Origin: an uncultured Thermoplasmata archaeon
Lineage (GTDB): Archaea; Thermoplasmatota; Thermoplasmata; Lutacidiplasmatales; UBA184
Length of the DNA stretch: 64,000 nucleotides
Assembly (NCBI GenBank): GCA_963735185.1
Contig: CAVTJV010000007.1
Location: forward strand, 1,151,009 to 1,215,008
Direction of reading: 5' to 3'
Below are positions 46,616-55,455 of this stretch, piece by piece (positions within the stretch are counted from its first letter, which is position 1; each line of letters starts with the position of its first letter). A program made the position numbers and the translations under genes. The notes under the pieces were generated by a model. That model was given only the letters and a program-made list of their open reading frames with translations, was not told the DNA's origin and ran no database searches.

Positions 46616-48660
46616 CCCGGAACCGCGGCGCCCGGAAGAGTTCGGACCTCCTGCCCGGCCAATTCCAGCTCGAAACCGACCTGGTGCCCCAGGGCGACCA
46701 GCCCGAGGCGATCGACAGCATCGTGAAGCGCGTGGAGCGGGGAGAGAAGTTCGTCACGCTGCTCGGAGTGACGGGCAGTGGCAAGACGTTCACGATGGCG
46801 CACGCCGTCGCGCGGCTCCAACGCCCGACGCTGGTCATCAGCCCGAACAAGACCCTCGCGGCGCAGCTCGTGAGCGAGTTCCGGGCGCTGTTCCCGAAGA
46901 ACGCCGTCGAGTACTTCGTGAGCTACTACGACTACTACCAGCCCGAGGCGTACGTTCCCCAGATCGACCTCTACATCGAGAAGGACGCGTCGATCAACGA
47001 GGAGATCGACCGGCTGCGGCACCGGGCGACCCAGGCGCTCCTCACGCGGCGAGACGTCCTCATCGTCGCCTCGGTGAGCTGCATCTACGGCCTCGGCTCC
47101 CCCGAGGACTACCGGGCCTCCGTCGTCGACCTCGCGGTCGGCCAGGAGATCTCGCGGCAGAGCCTCCTCGAGCAGCTCGTTCGGATGAAGTACAACCGCA
47201 ACGACGTCGAGCTGAAGCGAGGGCGGTTCCGCGTCCGCGGCGGGACGATCGACGTGATGGGAGCGGGCGAGACCGTCCATCGGGTGGTGCTCGACGGGAG
47301 CACGATCCGAGAGATCGTCGAGCTCGACCCCGTGACCCAGGAAGAGCGTCGGTCGCTCTCGGAGCTGGCCGTCTTCCCGGCGACCCACTTCCTCACGGTG
47401 GACGAACGTCTCCTCGGGATCCTGGGCGAGATCGAGAAGGAGCGGGACGAACGGGTCCAGGAGCTGAAGCGGGAGGAACGGATCGTCGAGGCGCAGCGCC
47501 TCAAGGGGCGGGTCGACTACGACCTCGAGATGATCCGGGAGACCGGCTACTGCTCGGGGATCGAGAACTACGCCCGCTACTTCGCAGGCCGTCGCGCGGG
47601 CGAGCCGCCGTACACGCTCCTCGACTTCTTCCCGGACGACTTCCTCGCGTTCATCGACGAGTCCCACGTCACGATCCCGCAGATCCAGGGGATGTACAAG
47701 GGCGACCGAAGCCGCAAGGACAACCTGGTCGAGTTCGGATGGCGCCTCCCCTCCGCCCGCGACAACCGTCCCCTCAAGTTCCCCGAGTTCCTGACGCACG
47801 TCCCGCAAACGGTGTTCGTCTCGGCGACCCCCGGACCGTTCGAGCGGAAGGTCTCGAAGGGCCTGGTCGAGCAGATCATCCGCCCCACCGGGCTGGTCGA
47901 CCCCCCCATCGAGGTCCGACCGCTGAAGGGCCACATCGCCGACCTCATGGCCGAGCTCAAGGCGTGCATCGCGCGCGGGGACCGAGCGCTCGTGACCACC
48001 CTCACGAAGGCGACCAGCGAGGAGCTCGCGAACTACCTCGCGAACCAGGGGTTCCGGGTCCGCTACCTGCACTCCGAGGTCGAGACGATGAAGCGGGTCG
48101 AGATCCTGCGGGACCTTCGGCTCGGCGAGTTCGACGTGCTCGTCGGGATCAACCTGCTGCGGGAGGGGCTCGACCTACCCGAGGTCAGCTTCGTTGCGAT
48201 CCTGGATGCGGACAAGGAAGGATACCTCCGGAGCGAGACGTCGATCGTCCAGACGTCGGGCCGCGCGAGCCGGAACGTCGACGGGAAGGTCGTGCTGTAC
48301 GCCGACCGGGTCACCGGCTCGATGCAGCGGGCGATGGCAGAGATGGCGCGGCGGCGCGAGACCCAGGTCGCCTACAACCGGGCCCACGACATCGTGCCCG
48401 AATCGATCCGCAAGGAGGTGCGCTCGCTCCTCGCTCCCGAAGAGGAGGCCCCATCCGGCGCGCTCTCCACGAGCGGGCTCGGCCGGTACTGGAAGGACAA
48501 GCTCCCGTTGCTGCTCACGAACCTCGAGGAGGAGATGCGGCTCGCTGCCGAGCGCCTCGACTTCGAGGAAGCGGCCCGCATCCGCGACCGCATTCGGGAG
48601 GTCCGGCGGGCGAACCCCTCCGCGCGCTCGGCCGGCCGGAAGCCCGGTTCGCCCTCCTAG
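46612..48660 (+). CDS. uvrB: Excinuclease ABC subunit B
   Basis: The ATG overlaps the larE stop (ATGA). GDQPEAI..., LLGVTGSGKTFTMA, NKTLAAQL..EF..FFP.NAVEYFVSYYDYYQPEAY, DESH, a helicase C domain, and the C-terminal UVR motif (...EEAARIRDRI). Confidence 0.95.
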   Translation: MTRNRGARKSSDLLPGQFQLETDLVPQGDQPEAIDSIVKRVERGEKFVTLLGVTGSGKTFTMAHAVARLQRPTLVISPNKTLAAQLVSEFRALFPKNAVEYFVSYYDYYQPEAYVPQIDLYIEKDASINEEIDRLRHRATQALLTRRDVLIVASVSCIYGLGSPEDYRASVVDLAVGQEISRQSLLEQLVRMKYNRNDVELKRGRFRVRGGTIDVMGAGETVHRVVLDGSTIREIVELDPVTQEERRSLSELAVFPATHFLTVDERLLGILGEIEKERDERVQELKREERIVEAQRLKGRVDYDLEMIRETGYCSGIENYARYFAGRRAGEPPYTLLDFFPDDFLAFIDESHVTIPQIQGMYKGDRSRKDNLVEFGWRLPSARDNRPLKFPEFLTHVPQTVFVSATPGPFERKVSKGLVEQIIRPTGLVDPPIEVRPLKGHIADLMAELKACIARGDRALVTTLTKATSEELANYLANQGFRVRYLHSEVETMKRVEILRDLRLGEFDVLVGINLLREGLDLPEVSFVAILDADKEGYLRSETSIVQTSGRASRNVDGKVVLYADRVTGSMQRAMAEMARRRETQVAYNRAHDIVPESIRKEVRSLLAPEEEAPSGALSTSGLGRYWKDKLPLLLTNLEEEMRLAAERLDFEEAARIRDRIREVRRANPSARSAGRKPGSPS

Positions 48661-48719
48661 GCAAGACCGGTTTCCCGAACGGTAAAGACCGTTTTATCCG
48701 CCTGAAGTCTCTGCATCCC

Positions 48720-49556
48720 GTGGTCGGTGCCCGTCCGCCGGAGACGACAGGCCTTGCCGGACTCCGGCGGGGCGGAACGGTCACCGAGCTCCTCTTCCTG
48801 TACGAATGCGCTACCCTCGAGCCGACCCAGTTGCGTCCGATCGCGGAGCGCCTCGGGCTCACTGTCCAGGCCGTGTCGCACTCCTACCGCCAGCTGCGTC
48901 GCCGTGGACTGGTGACCGTCCGAGAGGGCCGGTACCGACCGACGGTCGAAGGGGTCGCCTGGCTTCACGAGACGCTCCGTCGCTTGGGGGACGACCTTCG
49001 GGAACGGATTGAGCGGGTCCATGTCATCCGGTCGACGCGCGCCCTCGCTCTCGCGGACCTCGCGGAAGGGGCCGCCGTCTCCCTCGAGCTCCAGCACGGC
49101 CTCCTCTCCGCCCGCCCGGGCGGAGGAGGGCCGTCCCGCGGTCGGGTCCGGAAGGGCGGTCGCAAGGGCTCCCTCGTCGAGGTCTCGGACCTCGAGGGGA
49201 TCGTCCCGCTCACGCCGGCCCCGATCTCGGTGCGCACGCTCTCCTCGAGCGACCTCGCCGACCCCCGTCTGGGGGACCGGGTCCGCAGCAGCCTGCCCTC
49301 GGACCCCCTCGCGCTCGTCGCCGCCGAGGGCCTCGAAGCCTACCACGCGCTTTCGAGCGCGGGCGCCCGCTCGGTCCTTCGCTTCGCTGCCGGCACCGCT
49401 TGCCTCGAGGCGTCCCGCCTCGGAGTGCCCAGCTACCTCCTCGTCCTCGAAAGCGACCTTCCGTACCTTCTCGCTCAGTTCGCTGGCCCCTCCCCGCCTC
49501 CCCTCGAGGTTGCTCCCCTCCCGGGAGGGGGTAAGGCCCGGCGGCGCGGTCACTGA
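48720..49556 (+). CDS. Winged-helix (MarR/ArsR-like) DNA-binding protein with an uncharacterised C-terminal domain
   Basis: GTG at 48720 is preceded by GTTTTATCC (48691-48699). The N-terminus (LRPIAERLGLTVQAVSHSYRQLRRRGLVTVREGRYRPTVEGVAWL) is a wHTH. The remaining 180 aa or so are not recognisable. Confidence 0.55.
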   Translation: MVGARPPETTGLAGLRRGGTVTELLFLYECATLEPTQLRPIAERLGLTVQAVSHSYRQLRRRGLVTVREGRYRPTVEGVAWLHETLRRLGDDLRERIERVHVIRSTRALALADLAEGAAVSLELQHGLLSARPGGGGPSRGRVRKGGRKGSLVEVSDLEGIVPLTPAPISVRTLSSSDLADPRLGDRVRSSLPSDPLALVAAEGLEAYHALSSAGARSVLRFAAGTACLEASRLGVPSYLLVLESDLPYLLAQFAGPSPPPLEVAPLPGGGKARRRGH

Positions 49557-50851
49557 GCGAACGCGACGACCGGCTCGGCGGCCAGTGCCGCGAGCATCTC
49601 GGCCACGCCGGATACGGAGCGTGCTCCGTTCTGCCGGATCTCCTCTTCGAGGGCACGCGCCCGTCCTCCGGCGAAATCCCACTCCTCGCCGGGCGGCCGG
49701 CGTACGAGGAGGACCGGCACGCGTCCGACCATCCGACGGACCTCCTCGAGGTTGGGCAGGTTGGACGGCCCTACCGGGAACGGCGCCACCACGATGGCCG
49801 TCGCGGCCTCAAGGAGCTCGCGCAGTCGCTCTCGAACCTCGTCACCGATCGGGGCGAACGGCACCTCGACGGCGGTGAGCGCACCGAGGCTCTCCGCCGT
49901 CTCGAGGTCGGAATCGAGGAGGTGGAGGGCGCCTGTGGTGACCCGATACCCCGCTTCGGAGAGCGCCCTCAGGTAGGGTGCCCCCGAGCCCCCGCCCCCA
50001 ACAACATGGACCGGTCCCTTTCCGAGGAACGTTCCAGGACCGGCCGGTGACGGCCGCACGAGGTGGTGGGGGAGGAGGTACGGCGCGCCCGTCCGCGGGT
50101 CCCGACGAAGGTCCGCGACGACCCCCCAGACCCGGGCGAGTAGCTCCTCGCTGAGAACGTCCGAAGGCACGCCGTCGGCGACCCGGCGTCCCCTCGAGAG
50201 CACCACAATTCGGTCCGAGAACCGCGCAGCCAAGTTGAGGTCGTGAAGGGCCGCGACGATCGTCACTCCGCGCTCGCCGGAGAGCTCCCGTACCCGGCTC
50301 AGGAGGTCGAGCTGGTGCGCGATGTCGAGGTGGCTCGTGGGTTCGTCCAGCAGCACGAGGGGCGCTTCCTGGGCGAGTGCCCGGGCCAGGATCGCCCGCT
50401 GCTTCTCCCCTCCGCTCACCGAAAGGATCCCGTCTCCCGCACGGTCCTCGAGTCCCACCGCCTTCAGCGCCCGGAGGGCCGCTTCCCGGTCTCGTGCCGT
50501 CTCCCCCTCGAGCCATCCGAGATGGGCATACCGTCCGTAGAGAACGTAGTCGAGGAGCGGGACATCCTCGCGAGGGCTCTCCTCTTGCGGAACCCATGCC
50601 ACGCGCCGTGCGCGTTCCGCGACGGGGAGCAAACGCACCTCGCTTCCGAACAGCTCGACGGACCCCGCGTCGGGGGCGAGGAACCCGAGGGCGGCCCGCA
50701 GGAGGGTGGTCTTCCCCGACCCGTTCGGTCCCGTGAGCGCCACGAACTGTCCCCGGGGAACCTCGAGGTCGACGTCCTGAAGCGCGGTCCGCTCGCCGAA
50801 TCGCACGGTGACCCCTCGGAGCCGGAGAACCGCGTCCGTCGGCCCGCTCAT
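49550..50851 (-). CDS. Iron-siderophore/cobalamin-type ABC transporter ATP-binding protein with an extra C-terminal domain of about 170 aa
   Basis: Walker A GPNGSGKTT, signature LSGGEKQR, Walker B LLLDEPTSHLD. It then continues about 170 aa beyond the ABC cassette (VHVVGGGGSGAPYLRALSEAGYRV...). The ATG overlaps the permease stop (ATGA). Confidence 0.85.
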   Translation of the reverse strand: MSGPTDAVLRLRGVTVRFGERTALQDVDLEVPRGQFVALTGPNGSGKTTLLRAALGFLAPDAGSVELFGSEVRLLPVAERARRVAWVPQEESPREDVPLLDYVLYGRYAHLGWLEGETARDREAALRALKAVGLEDRAGDGILSVSGGEKQRAILARALAQEAPLVLLDEPTSHLDIAHQLDLLSRVRELSGERGVTIVAALHDLNLAARFSDRIVVLSRGRRVADGVPSDVLSEELLARVWGVVADLRRDPRTGAPYLLPHHLVRPSPAGPGTFLGKGPVHVVGGGGSGAPYLRALSEAGYRVTTGALHLLDSDLETAESLGALTAVEVPFAPIGDEVRERLRELLEAATAIVVAPFPVGPSNLPNLEEVRRMVGRVPVLLVRRPPGEEWDFAGGRARALEEEIRQNGARSVSGVAEMLAALAAEPVVAFAQ

Positions 50852-51954
50852 GGGGCCCCCATGGTCGACCACTGTCGCCGGCGGAAGAGGAGGTAAGCGA
50901 AGAATGGCGCCCCGGCGAACGACGTGAAGATCCCGATCGGAAGGAGGGTCCCCGGGAAGGCCACCAGCGAGAGGTCTCGAGCCGCCAGAAGGAACCCGGC
51001 CCCGACAAGCGCGGCTCCGGGAAGGACGAGGCGGTAGTCGCTGCCCGCCACCCGGCGCACCACGTGGGGGGAGACCAACCCGACGAACCCGATGATTCCG
51101 GTGAACGCGACCGCCGCGGCCGTCGTGACCGAGGCGAGGAGCAGGAGACGAACCCGCACTTTTCGGGAGTCGACCCCGAGGCTTTGGGCGACGTCCGGAC
51201 CGAGCTGGAGGAGGTTCAGCTCCCGCCCGTACGTCGCGAGCAGCGTCCCCGCGATGAGGACCACCCCGAAGGCGATGCCGTCCTGGGTCCAATCCAGGGA
51301 GCCCAGGTTCCCGAGGAGCCAGAAGTCGACCTGGAGGCTACCGGTCGGACTGTAGAGGAGCAGGAGCGAGAGGATGGCGGAGAGGAAGCTGGAGAGTGCG
51401 ACCCCAGTGAGGAGGAGCGTTTCGACCGAACCGAAGCGGCTCCGAGCCGCGACGAGGATCACCGCTCCGGTCCCGATCGCTCCTACGAACGCGAAGAGCG
51501 GCAGGAGGAGGTTCTCCTCGGCCACCCCAATCCGAAAAACCACGACCACCGCGGCCCCGAGGGTGCCTCCCGACGAGATCCCGAGAAGGAACGGGTCCGC
51601 GAGCGGGTTGCGGAACACGCCCTGGAGCGTGCCGCCGGAGATCCCGAGACCGGCTCCGACCACGACGGCGAGCATGATCTCGGAAAGCCGCGCGTTCCAG
51701 ACGATCTCGATCAGGCCCGCACAGCCACTCGCCGGGACGCTCGACCCGGCACACGGGTCGGAGAAGAGCGCGCCTCCCGAGACCTGATGGAGGAGGACCC
51801 TCAGCACGGTATCGGAAGAGATGGAAACCGTTCCGAGGATCGGCGAAAGGAAGACGCCAATCGCGAGGACGGCGAGGAGGAGCCCGAGCACCCAGGGACG
51901 GCGGCCGAGCGTCTTCCCGGTCCGGGTGGGCGTCGGGGTCGCCGTCGCTCCCAC
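50848..51954 (-). CDS. FecCD/BtuC family ABC transporter permease
   Basis: 368 aa. Multi-pass protein with typical ...NPLADPFLLGISSG..LGA... and ...G.IGFVGL..PH..R...G.D.R motifs. Confidence 0.9.
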   Translation of the reverse strand: MGATATPTPTRTGKTLGRRPWVLGLLLAVLAIGVFLSPILGTVSISSDTVLRVLLHQVSGGALFSDPCAGSSVPASGCAGLIEIVWNARLSEIMLAVVVGAGLGISGGTLQGVFRNPLADPFLLGISSGGTLGAAVVVVFRIGVAEENLLLPLFAFVGAIGTGAVILVAARSRFGSVETLLLTGVALSSFLSAILSLLLLYSPTGSLQVDFWLLGNLGSLDWTQDGIAFGVVLIAGTLLATYGRELNLLQLGPDVAQSLGVDSRKVRVRLLLLASVTTAAAVAFTGIIGFVGLVSPHVVRRVAGSDYRLVLPGAALVGAGFLLAARDLSLVAFPGTLLPIGIFTSFAGAPFFAYLLFRRRQWSTMGAP

Positions 51955-51966
51955 GCCGTCGCTCTC

Positions 51967-52998
51967 CTACGCGCTGACGCCCGGGTGGAGGACCGCGATC
52001 AGCTGGGGAAGTCCCACCAGGATCATCGTCGGGTCGGGCTCGGTGAAGTAGTTCGAGTCCATGCCGACCGCGCGGCCCGTCTGCGTCGCGCCGAGCTGGG
52101 ACCAGAACGGGCCTCCCGTGTAGGTCGATTCGTTCAGCCCGAACCCGGTCCCGTAAACGAGGTACTGTGGGTCACTGGCAAGGACCTGTTCACCGGAGAG
52201 CTCCGGATAGGAGAGCGTGGCGTTCGCCGATATGCTCGCGCCGCTCGCCAACTCGACCAGCGACTGACCGAACGTTCCGGGGCCGAACGTCCAGTAGCCG
52301 TTCCCATCGGCGTCATACGTAACGAGAACGGTCGGGAACGGCGTACCGTTCGCGGTCAGGTTGTCCTGAAACGAAGCCGCCTGAGCGAGGGCGGCCTCGA
52401 GCTCGTTCACGAGCGAGGAGGCTGTCCGGGAGACCTCGAAGATCTCCCCCAGCAGCTGGTCGTCCAATACGACGCCGCTCAGGGTGGCGGGCTGGAGCAT
52501 CACGACCGGGATGTGGTAGGTCTGGGTGATCTGTTCGACCGCCGCGACCGACACGATCGTCGCCGCCAGGACCAGTTGCGGTCCGAGCGCGAGGAGCTGC
52601 TCCACGTCGAACGTCGGCCCGGTCTGGACGCACATGGCCGAGGAGAGGTTCCAGAGCGCGACCTGGTCGGACGAGTAGTCGTCCGAGAGCCCCCCTAGGC
52701 TCGGAGCATAGCAGTCGACCCCCACCACGTGGCTCCGCAGTCCGAGACGATACATCGAGTCCATGATCGAAGGTCCGAGGACGACGACGCGGGTCGGGTG
52801 GAGCGGCACAGTCACTTGGCGCCCGAGGTCGTCCGTGACCGTGAGCGGTCCGGACGGGGTTCCGGGTCGGATGGCGTAGTAGGTGGCGATCCCAACCACC
52901 GAGATGCCCGCCAGGACGATTATGCCCACGGCGAGCCACGCCATCGGGACCGTTCGTCGAGGCGGCGTCGACGTCGAAGTGGAGTCATGCAAATACAT
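51967..52998 (-). CDS. ABC transporter substrate-binding protein (FepB/BtuF periplasmic-binding fold), N-terminally membrane-anchored
   Basis: ATG at 52998 is preceded by a TATA-like AATGTTTATGTG (plus-strand 53022-53033). N-terminal TM segment, then RVVVLGPSIMDSMY.LGL..HVVGV.... Lies in an operon with the permease and ATPase. Confidence 0.75.
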   Translation of the reverse strand: MYLHDSTSTSTPPRRTVPMAWLAVGIIVLAGISVVGIATYYAIRPGTPSGPLTVTDDLGRQVTVPLHPTRVVVLGPSIMDSMYRLGLRSHVVGVDCYAPSLGGLSDDYSSDQVALWNLSSAMCVQTGPTFDVEQLLALGPQLVLAATIVSVAAVEQITQTYHIPVVMLQPATLSGVVLDDQLLGEIFEVSRTASSLVNELEAALAQAASFQDNLTANGTPFPTVLVTYDADGNGYWTFGPGTFGQSLVELASGASISANATLSYPELSGEQVLASDPQYLVYGTGFGLNESTYTGGPFWSQLGATQTGRAVGMDSNYFTEPDPTMILVGLPQLIAVLHPGVSA

Positions 52999-53125
52999 TG
53001 GATTCGGCACAAAAGGACTTTCACATAAACATTTCGCCGGCACCAACGGTCCAGAACGGAGAGGTAGGTCGGGGGGACATTCCGACAAAAAGGCTATCTC
53101 TCCCGGGGCTCCCGGCGTTCCCGGA

Positions 53126-53283
53126 GGGAGCATAGGCTAATTTGGTAGACCAGCGGGCTCCAGTCAGGGCGACCGATGGTCGTCCTGGGATTTGGTCTTG
53201 CGGAGGGGCGAGGAGCCCCTGTGACGAGTGACTGGAGCGCGCGGAGAGACCCGCATATCGGGGTTCAAATCCCCGTGCTCCCA
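53126..53283 (+). tRNA. tRNA-Trp (anticodon CCA) with an 85-nt intron at the canonical 37/38 position (intron about 53164..53248). No encoded CCA.
   Basis: Acceptor GGGAGCA/TGCTCCC (7 bp) plus discriminator A. Anticodon stem GCGGG/CCCGC. Loop CTCCAG|...|A. T arm CGGGG-TTCAAAT-CCCCG. D loop with A14, G18G19 and A21. There is one C12-A23 mismatch in the D stem. At the intron 3' end, a 4-bp helix (CUCC/GGAG) plus a 3-nt bulge AG|A fits a bulge-helix-bulge splice motif. Confidence 0.85.
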
Positions 53284-53446
53284 TTTCCTTCCATGCGGGG
53301 AATCCAAATCACACGGGTCCGACTGGGAGGCCTCCTTGGAGAACCCTCCGCTTAGACAAGGGTCACCTGGGTCGACCGACGGACCCGACACTACGTAAGG
53401 CCCCTTTCCAAAGGAATAAGCCTTAGGAATTCGATTCGGGAGATCG

Positions 53447-53959
53447 ATGCCCTGGCCCCCCCACCCTATCGCTCAGACGTCCTACCCGCGCGACGCCCAG
53501 ACCAAGCAGGATGAGGGACCGAAGACCTTCGACGACCACGACTTCTCATGGGAAGAGGACTGGCTCGCCCGTTGGAGGGCCATTGCACTCTTCGGGGGTC
53601 TCATCCTCGGGGAAGGGCTGCTTCTTTGGGTTACTCTACCCATGAACTACAACCCTAATTTTCCCGGGGAGGGCATCCTCTGGTTCGCCGTTCTCGCGGG
53701 GGTGTGCGGTCTCCCGGCCTCATTCTTGGGGGCCAGTGAGGTCTCGTTGGCCTTCTTTGGTGCGGGAGTAACAGGAATCGTCGTGGGCTTCTCCCCATTG
53801 ACCGTGATTGCGGCGGGGACCTCGGTGTTCCCCGCTTCCGGGTCCTTCGGTGTGGACCCAGCGGTCGTCCTGGGCCTTCTGGTGGCCGGCGTCCTTCTTC
53901 TCGCAGTCGGGGTCGTCCAATCGGTGAGGGCTTATCGGTCGCTCGACGATGGGACCTGA
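53447..53959 (+). CDS. Hypothetical membrane protein
   Basis: 170 aa. Hydrophilic N-terminus followed by about 4 hydrophobic segments. Lower GC than the surrounding genome. No family recognised. Confidence 0.5.
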   Translation: MPWPPHPIAQTSYPRDAQTKQDEGPKTFDDHDFSWEEDWLARWRAIALFGGLILGEGLLLWVTLPMNYNPNFPGEGILWFAVLAGVCGLPASFLGASEVSLAFFGAGVTGIVVGFSPLTVIAAGTSVFPASGSFGVDPAVVLGLLVAGVLLLAVGVVQSVRAYRSLDDGT

Positions 53960-53997
53960 GTTGTTCCGATTCAAGGGAGACGTTAGAAGCCCCTCAC

Positions 53998-55128
53998 TCA
54001 TTTCGCCTTCAGCCGGTCGATCATCCAACCCATGATCGTAGCGAATGTCTCGCTCGTGAAGCCCATGTGCCCCACATCGTAGAACCTCGCGCTCTTGGGG
54101 CTCCCATGCTCGAGCAGCAGGTAGTAGTCCTGTATCGGGAACAGCGTGTCATGCAGCCCGTTCACCAGCAGTAGGGGCGCGCATGGCCGGTCGAGCAAGC
54201 CCTGCGTGAGGAGCGATAGCCTAGGGGCGAACTCGAAATACTCCTCGGGAGACGACTTCCCGAACGCGAACGCGAGCGTGTCGAATACCTCGAACGCATA
54301 CTCCCCGCGCTCCTGCTGTGGGAACCAATCGGGCTGGAACCCATAGTGCACAGGCCCGCCTTGGCTGACCGCGCAGGCGATCTTGTCTTTGAAGACGTGC
54401 GCAACCTTGACGGCCCAGTACCCTCCGGTGCTCATCCCCCATACGCCGATCCTCCGAGCATCGACCCCCTTTCTCACCGCAAGCCAGTCCAGCACCGCGC
54501 CGAACAGCCGCTCGGCGTCCTCAGAACCCTTGAGGGGCGAGTCTCCCACGCCAGGACCGTCTATCGCAAGGGTCGCAATTCCTCTCTTCAGCGCGTAGTC
54601 GTTGAGGTGCTCCTCCTTGAAGCCGTCTATGCCTCCCCAGCTCAAGATCACAGGGAAGGGCGCTGAGTCGGCCTTGGGTACCCTGAGGTATCCCACGATA
54701 GTGCTGCCTTCTCCGGGTTTGCCGCTGAACGGAATCTCCACTCGCTCGATGGGCACATCGAAGTAGCGCGCGGCTTTCAGGAGCATCTCCTGCGACTTCC
54801 GGTAGGCAGTTCTCTTCCCCTTGGAGTTGATGGTCGGGTACCGGGCCAAGTGGTAGTACTGGTAGGCGAGCAGGTAGTTCTCCTCCGCGAACTTCGCATC
54901 CCCTCTCTTCTCCGCTTCGGCGGCCTTCTGTTCATACGGCTTGGCGACCGCGCTGAAGGCAGCGGCCCATTCGTCCCGGTCGTAGGACGTGAGGTTGGTC
55001 ATCACTCTCTCCACGTCCTCGTACCGGGCGTATGGGAATGGCCATCCGTTCGTCTTCACCCGTGGCTTCCACATCTCCCAAAGTTCGCCGAGCGGCCGAA
55101 CGTAGAATCCTCCTTGCTTTCGCTCCAT
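53998..55128 (-). CDS. Alpha/beta hydrolase, FrsA-like esterase (DUF1100-type)
   Basis: 376 aa. Nucleophile elbow GMSTGG, ...SWGGIDGFKEE..., C-terminal ...NG..D...P......L.......HMG. Lys-rich and about 53-60% GC in hand-counted samples, unlike neighbouring genes. Confidence 0.75.
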   Translation of the reverse strand: MERKQGGFYVRPLGELWEMWKPRVKTNGWPFPYARYEDVERVMTNLTSYDRDEWAAAFSAVAKPYEQKAAEAEKRGDAKFAEENYLLAYQYYHLARYPTINSKGKRTAYRKSQEMLLKAARYFDVPIERVEIPFSGKPGEGSTIVGYLRVPKADSAPFPVILSWGGIDGFKEEHLNDYALKRGIATLAIDGPGVGDSPLKGSEDAERLFGAVLDWLAVRKGVDARRIGVWGMSTGGYWAVKVAHVFKDKIACAVSQGGPVHYGFQPDWFPQQERGEYAFEVFDTLAFAFGKSSPEEYFEFAPRLSLLTQGLLDRPCAPLLLVNGLHDTLFPIQDYYLLLEHGSPKSARFYDVGHMGFTSETFATIMGWMIDRLKAK

Positions 55129-55455
55129 ACGACCCCCTTAGCAGCAGCGGACCACGCAACCAAGAGTCTTTTGCGTTCGCTTGACCGGCTCTCGGCAAGT
55201 TCCGGGCGTGGCGGCGCCGGATCTCGCGCTCGGACTGCTCGGTAGATTCTCTAGCCCAGCGCGAGCCGCCTCCCCGATTCCGATAGAGACCTCTCGCGGT
55301 TCGGGATGGGAATGATTCCGCAAGGTGACACGGGGGGGCTCCGCATGGCATGCGCTAGCCTCGTTCGTGGGAGTACCACACCGTTCCCCGTTCACGCAAG
55401 GGTCCGGTTTGACGGAATCGGAAGGTTTTTTATTTGAACGTAAATGGCAGGCGCC

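Noticed and set aside
53221-53248. A complete box C/D guide RNA in the tRNA-Trp intron.
   Set aside because: Only a C-box-like GTGACGA and the anticodon-loop antisense are visible. I found no canonical CUGA box D or D'. With the nearest D-like CGGA (53242-45), the N+5 rule points to C32, not C34. It is kept as a hypothesis in the findings but not annotated as an ncRNA.
53294-53316. The sequence GGGGAATCCAAATCACACGGG just after the tRNA, which resembles the tRNA T-arm (GGGGTTCAAATCCCCGTG). It could be an att-like direct repeat marking an integrated element.
   Set aside because: The similarity is short and imperfect, essentially GGGG..CAAATC. It is adjacent to the tRNA rather than at the far end of the low-GC islet. 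No integrase gene is present.
55129-55443. A 315-nt spacer between the FrsA-like gene and the DUF4242 gene, considered as a possible ncRNA or small-protein locus (for example the 27-codon ORF starting at 55346).
   Set aside because: There is no conserved RNA motif, no convincing structure and no credible ORF. It is noted only as part of the low-GC islet.
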